Below are positions 10,867 to 22,632 of a stretch of DNA of 41,788 nt, in pieces. The notes under the pieces were generated by a model. That model worked only from the letters and a program-made list of their open reading frames with translations. It did not search any database and was not told where the DNA came from. Made by a program: the position numbers and the translations under genes. The stretch spans positions 1 to 41,788 of the forward strand of contig QPMI01000363.1 in the NCBI GenBank assembly GCA_004431415.1, given 5' to 3'. The stretch is from Cyanophora paradoxa CCMP329. Taxonomy: Eukaryota; Plantae; Glaucophyta. Positions within the stretch are counted from its first letter, which is position 1; every line of letters begins with the position of its first letter.

Positions 10867-12147
10867 ATGAAGAACCGGGGAGGAACGGCGCGGAAGACTT
10901 TTTCGATTTCTTTGTTGCTTTCAGCATGCCTTTGTTTCTGCTGGCAAACAGGATATATGACACAGTTTGCCGACACACGCATTTCGCACGAAGCGTCTGC
11001 TTTGGTTGCTGCCAAGAAGGCTTTGGATTTCTGGTATAAAAACGGGGGCATCTCATTCGACGATGTGTATGCAGACATCGAATCCGGCCATGGACTCGCT
11101 TGTTTTTTCGTGCATGTTGTGAATAAAACTGTTTATTCATCAGGAAAACCGCATCTACCCCACGCCTACCTTCGCGAAAGGATGCTTCTTTTTCTTGATT
11201 ATGTGGATTTTGTTGTGAAGTCGACAGCTCACTTTCCGAATCTTGAGTTTCGCGCTTGCCTCCACGACTGTGTTGTTTCAGAGTTGAAGGATTCTTCGTG
11301 TAACCTCATTCGTGGAAGCCCGTACAGGTCTTTACGGGAGAAGCTAGCGATTTTTGTTCCAGTCAAGTGTTCTGGATCATCCAATATTCCGTTTCCAATG
11401 TGGGAACCATCTGATGGCTCCATACGGTGCTGGGACTCGATTGTCTCACGCACTAAGTCTAACCGAAAGCCATGGACTTCAAAGAAATCGAAAGCAGTGT
11501 TTCGAGGTGCGGAAAGAACATGTTGGCTGAACGCTTCAGATGATGGAACTGGGGGACTTCCATATCAACAATCAACAAATACGACATGGAAACTGTGTGG
11601 AAGAACTAGGCTTTTTTACGTTGCGCATACAGAGCAACCAGAGCTTTATGATGTCGCGACGACCGCAGGGATGGGTTTTGAATACAAAGAATTTAAATTT
11701 CCAGATAGAATTCGTATCACTCTGGAAGAACAAGAAGAGTTCAAGATTATAATATATGCAGGGGGGCACTGTGGGTGGGCTAACCGTTTAAAATATTTGC
11801 TGCTCATGGGGTCAGCAGTAGCACTGCAGAGATCTCCGTGTATTGAGCCATACGGACTTCTTCTCAAAGACTGGGAGCATATCATTCCTGTGGATTTGAA
11901 TTTCAACAACATGACGAAAAATATCTTACAATTTCTTCAATCTCCTAATCAATTGCAGTTAGTCTCGAATATGCACAGCTATGCTGAGGAGGTTCTTACC
12001 TCATCATGGCTCAGAGATTATGGATCTTACCTTTTTTTGAATTATCATTCTCTTCTTCGTTTTGAGCAGACAGTTGATATAAGAGATGCAGTTCAGCATG
12101 TGCCTTTCCAATGTCTCTTAACAGAACCCAATTCAACTCATTTTTGA
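10867..12147 (+). CDS. CAP10-domain / glycosyltransferase family 90 protein (POGLUT/KDELC/CXT1-like), ~426 aa, with N-terminal signal/anchor
   Basis: Uninterrupted ORF, open from 10804, with the likelier ATG at 10867. The N-terminus is hydrophobic (TFSISLLLSACLCFCW). GT90 motifs: PWTSKKSKAVFRGA, RTRL, ITLEEQEEFKIIIYAGGHCGWANRLKYLLLMGSAV, LLKDWEHIIPV, AEEVLT...DY...L..Y. Confidence 0.9.
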   Translation: MKNRGGTARKTFSISLLLSACLCFCWQTGYMTQFADTRISHEASALVAAKKALDFWYKNGGISFDDVYADIESGHGLACFFVHVVNKTVYSSGKPHLPHAYLRERMLLFLDYVDFVVKSTAHFPNLEFRACLHDCVVSELKDSSCNLIRGSPYRSLREKLAIFVPVKCSGSSNIPFPMWEPSDGSIRCWDSIVSRTKSNRKPWTSKKSKAVFRGAERTCWLNASDDGTGGLPYQQSTNTTWKLCGRTRLFYVAHTEQPELYDVATTAGMGFEYKEFKFPDRIRITLEEQEEFKIIIYAGGHCGWANRLKYLLLMGSAVALQRSPCIEPYGLLLKDWEHIIPVDLNFNNMTKNILQFLQSPNQLQLVSNMHSYAEEVLTSSWLRDYGSYLFLNYHSLLRFEQTVDIRDAVQHVPFQCLLTEPNSTHF

Positions 12148-12545
12148 GAGCCCAATATAGACATTTTTGGTTCTTCCGCTTGGGGCTGGGATATCCACCC
12201 ATCAGGTGCCTTCTCTTCTTCTCTCACCACCAAAGACTGCAGCTGCATAACGTGTGGGCACAAGAATTCCAAGGAGTACCAGAGCCTCTTGACCATCCTC
12301 CAGTTTCTCAAGGACAGAGAGCAGTAACTTGTCCTTCTTATCGTGCCAACGAGATTTGCTTTGTTTTTCTTCTCATGCCGACGAGATTCCGGAGCTTCTG
12401 GGGGGGGGGTACCCAACCCCAAACCCACCCACCCTGGGGTGGGTGTTGCGCTTCTATTTCCCGGTTTGGCTCCACATTCCCCCTTGGCCCCAGAGAGCTC
12501 AAAGGGGTTCGCCGGGTTGCTAGGGGGCGCCACCTCGCACAGATA

Positions 12546-12725
12546 TGGGACTTGGCAAAGGCTGCGCTACCTCCGTACGACCCGGGTGCGCCTCATCCCG
12601 CCCGCCCAATCGCGGAGTCCCCTCGGAGGCACTTGCAGACTGAACGAGAATTAATTATCGATGAAATCAAAAAGTTGCTTTCTCGCAATCTTATTCGTCC
12701 TATTTTGTACACTGATTGCAGAGCT
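12546..12725 (+). pseudogene. Second Ty3/Gypsy pol fragment: pre-RT segment fused in frame to the RNase H 'ILYTDC' motif (RT deleted)
   Basis: AKAALPPYDPGAPHP-ARPIAESPRRHLQTERELIIDEIKKLLSRNLIRP|ILYTDC is homologous to 10480-10582. Bases 12700-12720 are identical to 8402-8422. Confidence 0.85.
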
Positions 12726-15700
12726 TGCTGGTGGGAGGGTCATCTGCCTAAGGCTAGCGCCTTGTGCATATTCCCCCAGAGAGATTTGGAGTGCATCTGT
12801 CTTCTATTTTCTGGCAGATTGGAAACCTGGGGCCTTGGACTGAGTAATTTGCTGGTGGGTGGGTCATCTGCGTAATGCTAGCCCCTTTTGCATATTCCTC
12901 CATAGATATTTGGAGTGCATCTGTCTTCTATTTTCTGGCAGATTGGAAACCTAGGGCCTTCGAATGAGTGACTTGCTGGTGGGTGGGTGATCTGCGTAAG
13001 GCTAGCGCCTTGTGTATATTCCCCCAGAGAGATTTGGAGTGCATCTGTCTTCTATTTTCTGGCAGATTGGAAACCTGGGGCCTTGGACTGTGTGACTTGC
13101 TGGTGGGTGGGTCATCTGCGTAAGGCTAGCGCCTTGTGCATATTCCCCCAGAGAGATTTGGAGTGCATCTGTCTTCTATTTTCTGGCAGATTGGAAACCT
13201 GGGGCCTTGGACTGTGTGACTTGCTGGTGGGTGGGTCATCTGCGTAAGGCTAGCGCCTTGTGCATATTCCCCTAAAGAGATTTGAGATGCATCTGTCTTT
13301 TTTGTGGCAGATCCCAAACCTCCAGCCTGTAATTGAGTGACTTGCTGGTGGGTGGGGCATCTGTATTTTCTGGCGACTTGCTAGCGCCTTGTGCATATTC
13401 CCCCAGAGAGATTTGGGGTGCATCTTTCTTCTTTTTTGTCACAGATCCGAAACCTGCTGCCTTCGACTGATTGACTTGCTGGTGGGTGGGTTCATCTTCC
13501 TTAGGCTAGCGCCTTGTGCATTTTCCCCCGGAGAGATTTGGGAAGCATCCATCTTCTATTTCTTGACAGATCAGAAACCTGGGGCCTCCAACTGAGTGAT
13601 TTGCCGGTGGGTAGGCCATCTGCCTAAGGCTAGCGCCTTGTGCATATTCCCCCAGAGAGATTTGGGGTGCATCCTTCTTCTATTGTGTGGCAGATCAGAA
13701 ACCTGGGGCCTTTGTCTGAGTGGCTTGCTGGTGGGTGGGTTCATCTTCCTCAGGCTAGCGCCTTGTGCATATTCCCCCAGAGAGATTTGGGGTGCATCTT
13801 TCTTCTTTCTTGTCACAGATTAGAAACCTGCTGCCTTCAACTGATTGACTTGCTGGTGGGTGGGTTCATCTTTCTAAGGCTAGCGCCTTGTGCATATTCC
13901 CCCAGAGAGATTTGGGAAGCATCCATCTTCTATTTCTTGACAGATCGAAACCTGGGGCCTCCAATTGAGTGGCTTGCTGGTGGGTGGGTTCATCTTTCTA
14001 AGGCCAGCGCCTTGTGCATATTCCCCCAGAGAGATTTGGGGTGCATCCTTCTTCTATTGTGTGGCAGATCAGAAACCTGGGGCCTTTGTCTGAGTGGCTT
14101 GCTGGTGGGTGGGTTCATCTTCCTCAGGCTAGCGCCTTGTGCATATTCCCCCAGAGAGATTTGGGGTGCATCTTTCTTCTTTCTTGTCACAGATTAGAAA
14201 CCTGCTGCCTTCAACTGATTGACTTGCTGGTGGGTGGGTTCATCTTTCTAAGGCTAGCGCCTTTTGCATATTCCCCCAGAGAGATTTGGGGTGCATCTTT
14301 CTTGTATTTTCTGGCGACTTGCTAGCGCCTTGTGCATATTCCCCCAGAGAGATTTGGGGTGCATCTGTCTTTTTTGTGGCAGATCCCAAACCTCCAGCCT
14401 GTAATTGAGTGACTTGCTGGTGGGTGGGGCATCTGCCGAAGGCTAGCGCCTTGTGCATATTCCCCTAAAGAGATTTCGGATGCATCTGTCTTTTTTGTGG
14501 CAGATCCCAAACCTCCAGCCTGTAACTGAGTGACTTGCTGGTGGGTGGGGCATCTGCCTAAGGCCAGCGCCATGTGCATATTTCCCCAGAGAGTTTTTGG
14601 GTGCATCTTGCTTCTATTTTCTGGCAGATTGGAAACCTGGGGCCTTCGACTTAGTGACTTGCTGGTGGGTGGGTCATCTGCCTACGGCTAGCTCCTTGTG
14701 CATATTCCCCCAGAGAGATTTGGGGTGCATCTGTCTTCTATTTTGTGGCAGATTGGAAACCTGGGGCCTTGGACTGAGTGACTTGCTGGTGGGTGGGTCA
14801 TCTGCCTAAGACTAGCCCCTTTTGCATATTCCTCCAGAGATATTTGGAGTGCATCTGTCTTCTATTTTCTGGCAGATTGGAAACCTAGGGGCTTTGAATG
14901 AGTGACTTGCTGGTGGGTGGGTCATCTGCGTAAGGCTAGCGCCTTGTGCATATTCCCCCAGAGAGATTTGGAGTGCATCTGTCTTCTATTTTCTGGCAGA
15001 TTGCAAACCTAGGGCCTTGGACTGAGTGACTTGCTGGTGGGTGGGTCATCTGCCTAAGGCTAGGTCCTTGTGCAGATTCCCCCAGAGAGATTTGGGGTGC
15101 ATCTGTCTTCTATTTTGTGGCAGATCAGAAACCTGGGGCCTTTGACTGAGTGGTTTGCTGGTGGGTGGGTCCTCTGCCTACGGCTAGCGCCTTGTGCATA
15201 TTCCCCCAGAGAGATTTGGAGTGCATCTGTCTTCTATTTTCTGGCAGATTGGAAACCTGGGGCCTTGGACTGAGTGACTTGCTGGTGGGAGGGTCATCTG
15301 CCTAAGGCTAGCGCCTTGTGCATATTCCCCCAGAGAGATTTGGAGTGCATCTGTCTTCTATTTTCTGGCAGATTGGAAACCTGGGGCCTTGGACTGAGTA
15401 ATTTGCTGGTGGGTGGGTCATCTGCGTAATGCTAGCCCCTTTTGCATATTCCTCCATAGATATTTGGAGTGCATCTGTCTTCTATTTTCTGGCAGATTGG
15501 AAACCTAGGGCCTTCGAATGAGTGACTTGCTGGTGGGTGGGTGATCTGCGTAAGGCTAGCGCCTTGTGTATATTCCCCCAGAGAGATTTGGAGTGCATCT
15601 GTCTTCTATTTTCTGGCAGATTGGAAACCTGGGGCCTTGGACTGTGTGACTTGCTGGTGGGTGGGTCATCTGCGTAAGGCTAGCGCCTTGTGCATATTCC

Positions 15701-18700
15701 CCTAGAGAGATTTGAGATGCATCTGTCTTTTTTGTGGCAGATCCCAAACCTCCAGCCTGTAATTGAGTGACTTGCTGGTGGGTGGGGCATCTGCCGAAGG
15801 CTAGCGCCTTGTGCATATTCCCCTAAAGAGATTTCGGATGCATCTGTCTTTTTTGTGGCAGATCCCAAACCTCCAGCCTGTAACTGAGTGACTTGCTGGT
15901 GGGTGGGGCATCTGCCTAAGGCCAGCGCCATGTGCATATTTCCCCAGAGAGTTTTTGGGTGCATCTTGCTTCTATTTTCTGGCAGATTGGAAACCTGGGG
16001 CCTTCGACTTAGTGACTTGCTGGTGGGTGGGTCATCTGCCTACGGCTAGCTCCTTGTGCATATTCCCCCAGAGAGATATGGGGTGCATCTGTCTTCTATT
16101 TTGTGGCAGATTGGAAACCTGGGGCCTTGGACTGAGTGACTTGCTGGTGGGTGGGTCATCTGCCTAAGACTAGCCCCTTTTGCATATTCCTCCAGAGATA
16201 TTTGGAGTGCATCTGTCTTCTATTTTCTGGCAGATTGGAAACCTAGGGGCTTTGAATGAGTGACTTGCTGGTGGGTGGGTCATCTGTGTAAGACTAGCGC
16301 CTTGTGCATATTCCCCCAGAGAGATTTGGAGTGCATCTGTCTTCTATTTTCTGGCAGATTGCAAACCTAGGGCCTTGGACTGAGTGACTTGCTGATGGGT
16401 GGGTCATCTGCCTAAGGCTAGGTCCTTGTGCAGATTCCCCCAGAGAGATTTGGGGTGCATCTGTCTTCTATTTTGTGGCGGATCAGAAACCTGGGGCCTT
16501 TGACTGAGTGGTTTGCTGGTGGGTGGGTCCTCTGCCTACGGCTAGCGCCTTGTGCATATTCCCCCAGAGAGATTTGGAGTGCATCTGTCTTCTATTTTCT
16601 GGCAGATTGGAAACCTGGGGCCTTGGACTGAGTGACTTGCTGGTGGGAGGGTCATCTGCCTAAGGCTAGCGCCTTGTGCATATTCCCCCAGAGAGATTTG
16701 GAGTGCATCTGTCTTCTATTTTCTGGCAGATTGGAAACCTGGGGCCTTGGACTGAGTAACTTGCTGGTGGGTGGGTCATCTGCTTAAGACTAGCCCCTTT
16801 TGCATATTCCTCCATAGATATTTGGAGTGCATCTGTCTTCTATTTTCTGGCAGATTGGAAACCTAGGGCCTTCGAATGAGTGACTTGCTGGTGGGTGGGT
16901 GATCTGCGTAAGGCTAGCGCCTTGTGCATATTCCCCCAGAGAGATTTGGAGTGCATCTGTCTTCTATTTTCTGGCAGATTGGAAACCTGGGGCCTTGGAC
17001 TGTGTGACTTGCTGGTGGGTGGGTCATCTGCGTAAGGCTAGCGCCTTGTGCATATTCCCCCAGAGAGATTTGGAGTGCATCTGTCTTCTATTTTCTGGCA
17101 GATTGGAAACCTGGGGCCTTGGACTGAGTGACTTGCTGGTGGGTGGGTCATCTGCCTAAGACTAGCCCCTTTTGCATATTCCTCCAGAGATATTTGGAGT
17201 GCATCTGTCTTCTATTTTCTGGCAGATTGGAAACCTAGGGCCTTCGAATGAGTGACTTGCTGGTGGGTGGGTCATCTGCGTAAGGCTAGCGCCTTGTGCA
17301 TATTCCCCCAGAGAGATTTGGAGTGCATCTGTCTTCTATTTTCTGGCAGATTGGAAACCTGGGGCCTTGGACTGTGTGACTTGCTGGTGGGTGGGTCATC
17401 TGCGTAAGGCTAGCGCCTTGTGCATATTCCCCCAGAGAGATTCGGAGTGCATCTGTCTTCTATTTTCTGGCAGATTGGAAACCTGGGGCCTTGGACTGAG
17501 TAACTTGCTGGTGGGTGGGTCATCTGCCTAAGGCTAGGTCCTTGTGCAGATTCCCCCAGAGAGATTTGGAGTGCATCTGTCTTCTATTTTCTGGCAGATT
17601 GGAAACCTAGGGCCTTCGAATGAGTGACTTGCTGGTGGGTGGGTGATCTGCGTAAGGCTAGCGCCTTGTGCATATTCCCCCAGAGAGATTTGGAGTGCAT
17701 CTGTCTTCTATTTTCTGGCAGATTGGAAACCTGGGGCCTTGGACTGTGTGACTTGCTGGTGGGTGGGTCATCTGCGTAAGGCTAGCGCCTTGTGCATATT
17801 CCCCTAGAGAGATTTGAGATGCATCTGTCTTTTTTGTGGCAGATCCCAAACCTCCAGCCTGTAATTGAGTGACTTGCTGGTGGGTGGGGCATCTGTATTT
17901 TCTGGCGACTTGCTAGCGCCTTGTGCATATTCCCCCAGAGAGATTTGGGGTGCATCTTTCTTCTTTTTTGTCACAGATCCGAAACCTGCTGCCTTCGACT
18001 GATTGACTTGCTGGTGGGTGGGTTCATCTTCCTTAGGCTAGCGCCTTGTGCATTTTCCCCCGGAGAGATTTAAGAAGCATCCATCTTCTATTTCTTGACA
18101 GATCAGAAACCTGGGGCCTCCAACTGAGTGATTTGCCGGTGGGTAGGCCATCTGCCTAAGGCTAGCGCCTTGTGCATATTCCCCCAGAGAGATTTGGGGT
18201 GCACCCTTCTTCTATTGTGTGGCAGATCAGAAACCTGGGGCCTTTGTCTGAGTGGCTTGCTGGTGGGTGGGTTCATCTTCCTCAGGCTAGCGCCTTGTGC
18301 ATATTCCCCCAGAGACATTTGGGGTGCATCTTTCTTCTTTCTTGTCACAGATTAGAAACCTGCTGCCTTCAACTGATTGACTTGCTGGTGGGTGGGTTCA
18401 TCTTCCTAAGGCTAGCGCCTTGTGCATATTCCCCCAGAGAGATTTGGGAAGCATCCATCTTCTATTTCTTGACAGATTGAAACCTGGGGCCTCCAATTGA
18501 GTGGCTTGCTGGTGGGTGGGTTCATCTTCCTAAGGCCAGCGCCTTGTGCATATTCCCCCAGAGAGATTTGGGGTGCATCTTTCTTCTATTTTATCACAGA
18601 TCAGAAACCTGCGGCCTTCGACTGAGTGATTTGCCAGTGGGTAGACCATCTGCCTAAGGCTAGCGCCTTGTGCATATTCCCCCAGAGAGATTTGGGGTGC

Positions 18701-21304
18701 ATCTTTCTTGTATTTTCTGGCGACTTGCTAGCGCCTTGTGCATATTCCCCCAGAGAGATTTGGGGTGCATCTTTCTTCTTTTTTGTCACAGATCAGAAAC
18801 CTGCTGCCTTCGACTGATTGACTTGCTGGTGGTTGAGTTCATCTTCCTAAGGCTAGTGCCTTGTGCATATTCCCCTGGAGAGATTTGGGAAGCATCCATC
18901 ATCTATTTCTTGACAGATCAGAAACCTGGGGCCTCCAACTGAGTGATTTGCCGGTGGATAGGCCATCTGCCTAAGGCTAGCGCCTTGTGCATTTTCCCCC
19001 GGAGAGATTTGGGAAGCATCCATCTTCTATTTCTTGACAGATCAGAAACCTGGGGCCTCCAACTGAGTGGCTTGCTGGTGGGTGGGTTCATCTTCCTAAG
19101 GCCAGCGCCTTGTGCATATTCCCCCAGAGAGATTTGGGGTGCATCTTTCTTCTATTTTATCACAGATCAGAAACCTGCGGCCTTCGACTGAGTGATTTGC
19201 CAGTGGGTAGTCCATCTGCCGAAGGCTAGCGCCTCTGTGCATATTCCTCCAGAGAGATTTGGGGTGCATCCTTCTATTTTGTGGCAGATCAGAAACCTCG
19301 GGCCTTCGACTGAGTGACTTGCTGGTGGGTGGGTTCATCTTCCTAAGGCCAGCGCCTTGTGCATATTGCGCCAGAGAGGTTTGGGGTGCATCTTTCTTCT
19401 TTTTGTCACAGATCAGAAACCTGCGGTCTTCGACTGAGTGATTTGCCAGTGGGTAGGCCATCTGCCTAAGGCTAGCGCCTTGTGCATTTTCCCCCAGAGA
19501 GATTTGGGGTGCATCTTTCTTGTATTTTCTGGCGACTTGCTCGCTCCTTGTGCATATTCCCCCAGAGAGATTTGGTGTGCATCTTTCTTCTGTTTTGTCA
19601 CAGATCAGAAAGCTGCGGCCTTCGACTGATTGACTTGCTGGTGGTTGGGTTCATCTTCCTAAGGCTAGCGCCTTGTGCATATTCCCCCGGAGAGATTTGG
19701 GAAGCATCCATCTTCTTTTTTTTGACAGATCAGAAACCTGGGGCCTCCAACTGAGTGATTTGCCCGCGGATAGGCAATCTGCCTAAGGCTAGCGCCTTGT
19801 GCATTTTCCCCTAGAGAGATTTTGGGTGCATCCTTCTTCTATTTTGTGGCAGATCAGAAACCTCGGGCCTTTGACTGAGTGGCTTGCTGGTGGGTGGGTT
19901 CATCTTCCTAAGGCCAGCGCCTTGTGTATATTCCCCGAGAGAGATTTGGGGTGCATCTTTCTTCTATTGTATCACAGATCAGAAAACTGGGGCCTTCGAC
20001 TGAGTGATTTGCCAGTGGGTAGGCCATCTGCCTAAGGCAAGCGCCTTGTGCATATTCCCCCAGAGAGATTTGGGGTGCATCTTTCTTGTATTTTCTGGCG
20101 ACTTGCTAGCGCCTTGTGCATATTCCCCCAGAGAGATGAGGGGTGCTTCTTTCTTCTATCTTGTCACAGATCAGACACCTGCCGCCTTCGACTTAGTGAT
20201 TTGCCGGTAGTAAGGCCAGCTGCCTAAGTCTAGCGCCTTGTGCATATTCCCCCAGAGAGATTTGGGATGCATCCATCTTCTATTTAGTGGCAGATCGGAA
20301 ACATGGGGCCTTTGACTGAGTGATTTGCTGGTATACTCTTCTTCTTTTTGCTGGTGGCTGTGTTCATCTTCCTAAGGCTAGTGCCTTGTGCATATTCCCC
20401 CAGACAGATTTGGGGTGCATCTTTCTTGTATTTTCTGGCGACTTGCTAGAGCCTTGTTCATATTCCCCCAGAGAAATTTGGGGTGCATTTGTCTTCAATT
20501 TTGTGGTGGATCGGAAACCTGCAGCCTTCCACTATTGCCTTGCTGGTGGGTGGGTTCAACTTCCTAAGGCTAGCGCCTTGTGCATATTCCCCCAGAGAGA
20601 TTTGGGAAGCATCCATCTTCTTTTTTTTGACAGATCAGAAACCTGGGACCTCCGACTGAGTGACTTGCTGTTGGGTGGGTTCATCTGCCTAAGGCTAGCG
20701 CCCTGTGCATATTCCCCCAGAGAGATTTGGGGTGCATCCTTCTTCTATTTTGTGGCAGATCAGAAACCTGGAGCCTTTGACTGAGTGACTTGCTGGTGGG
20801 TGGGTCATCTGCCTAAGGCTAGTGCCTTGTGTGCATATTTCCCCAGAGAGTGTTTGGGTGCATCTTTTTTCTATTTTCTGGCAGATTGGAAACCTGGGGC
20901 CTTCGACTTAGTGACTTGCTGGTGGGTGGGTCATCTGCGTAAGGCTAACGCCTTGTGCATATTCCCCCAGAGAGATTTGGGAAGCATCCATCTTCTTTTT
21001 TTTGACAGATCAGAAACCTGGGACCTCCGACTGAGTGACTTGCCGGTGGGTAGGCCATCTGCCTAAGCCTAGCGCCTTGTGCACATTCCCCCAGAGAGAT
21101 TTGGGGTGCATCTTTCTTCTTTTTTGTGGCAGATCAGAAACCTTGGGCCTTTGACTGAGTAGCTTGCTGGTGGGTGGGTTCATCTTCCTAAGGCCAGCGC
21201 CTTGTGCATATTCCCCCAGAGAGATTTAGGGTGCATCTTTCTTCTATTTTGTGGCAGATCGGAAACCCCTTAACTGAGTGACTTGCTGGTGGGTGGGTCA
21301 TCTG
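12724..21304 (+). repeat. Satellite B array, left domain (124-bp, 121-bp and ~76-bp deletion monomers; HORs)
   Basis: Unit GACTTGCTGGTGGGTGGGTCATCTGCCTAAGGCTAGCGCCTTGTGCATATTCCCCCAGAGAGATTTGG... with period 124 (13081 to 13205). Block duplications occur at offsets 374, 1358 and 4532. Divergence rises toward 18500-21300. Confidence 0.98.
20324..20355 (+). mobile_element. Extremely 5'-truncated (14 nt) copy of the LINE 3' end with 9-bp TSD
   Basis: TTTGCTGGT-[ATACTCTTCTTCTT]-TTTGCTGGT. The insert at 20333-20346 is identical to LINE 31424-31437. Confidence 0.8.
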
Positions 21305-22535
21305 TGGGGATATGCACAAGGCGCTAGCCTTTGGAAGATGAACCCACCCACCAGCAAACCACTCAGTCAAAGGCCCCAGGTTTCTGATCCGCAACAAAAT
21401 AGAAGAAGGATGCACCCCTCATCTCTCTGGGGGAAGATGCAAAAGGTGTTAGCGTTAGGCAGATGGCCTACCCATCAGCAAGTCACTCAGTTACAGGCTG
21501 GACGTTTGGGATCTGCCAAAAAGACAGATGCATCCCAAATCTCTCTAGGGGAATATGCACAAGGCGCTAGCCTTAGGCAGATGACCCTCCCAAAAGCAAG
21601 TCACTCAATTACAGGCTGGAGGTTTGGGATCTGCCACAAAAAAGACAGATGCATCCCAAATCTCTCTGGGGGAATATGCACAAGGCGCTAGCATTAGGCA
21701 GATGACCCACCCACCAGCAAGTCACTCAGTCCAAGGCCCCAGGTTTCCAATCTGCCAGAAAATAGAAGAAAGATGCACTTCAAATCTCTCTAGGGGAATA
21801 TGCAGAAGGCGCTAGCCTTAGGCAGATGACCCACCCACCAGCAAGTCACTCATTCGAAGGCCCTAGGTTTCCAATCTGCCAGAAAATAGAAGAAAGATGC
21901 GCCCCAAATATCTCTCGAGGAATATGCAAAAGGGGCTAGCCTTAGGCAGATGACCCACCCACCAGCAAGTCACTCAGTCCAAGGCCCCAGGTTTCCAATC
22001 TGCCAGAAAATAGAAGACAGATGCACTCCAAATCTCTCTGGGGGAATATGCACAAGGCGCTAGCCTTAGGCAGATGACCCACCCACCAGCAAGTCACTCA
22101 GTTACAGGCTGGAGGTTTGGGATCTGCCACAAAAAAGACAGATGCATCCCAAATCTCTCTAGGGGAATATGCACAAGGCGCTAGCCTTAGGCAGATGCCC
22201 CACCCACCAGCAAGTCACTCATTTGAAGGCCCTAGGTTTCCAATCTGCCAGAAAATAGAAGAAAGATGGGCCCCAAATATCTCTGGAGGAATATGCAAAA
22301 GGGGCTAGCCTTAGGCAGATGACCCACCCACCAGCAAGTCACTCAGTCGAAGGCCCCAGGTTTCCAATCTGCCAGAAAATAGAAGACAGATGAACTCCAA
22401 ATCTCTCTGGGCGAATATGCAAAAGGGGCTAGCCTTAGGCAGATGACCCACCCACCAGCAAGTCACTCAGTTACAGGCTGGAGGTTTGGGATCTGCCACA
22501 AAAAAGACAGATGCATCCCAAATCTCTCTGGGGAA
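21305..22535 (-). repeat. Satellite B, inverted block, left of LINE
   Basis: Orientation flips at ...GTCATCTG|TGGGGATATGCACAAGG. Reverse-complement 121/124 monomers follow. Confidence 0.97.
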
Positions 22536-22632
22536 CCCCCCCGGATCTGGCGAGGCACGCAGCAGCACAGCAGCAGCAGCGCGGAGCGTGGTGCGCACTT
22601 ATTCTTATCTTATGCGTCGTTCTGAGACTCTC

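Noticed and set aside
12111-12875. 254-aa ORF spanning the GT90 end to SatB
   Set aside because: It is a chimeric read-through of unrelated pieces. Only the 12546-12725 part has recognisable (Gypsy) homology.
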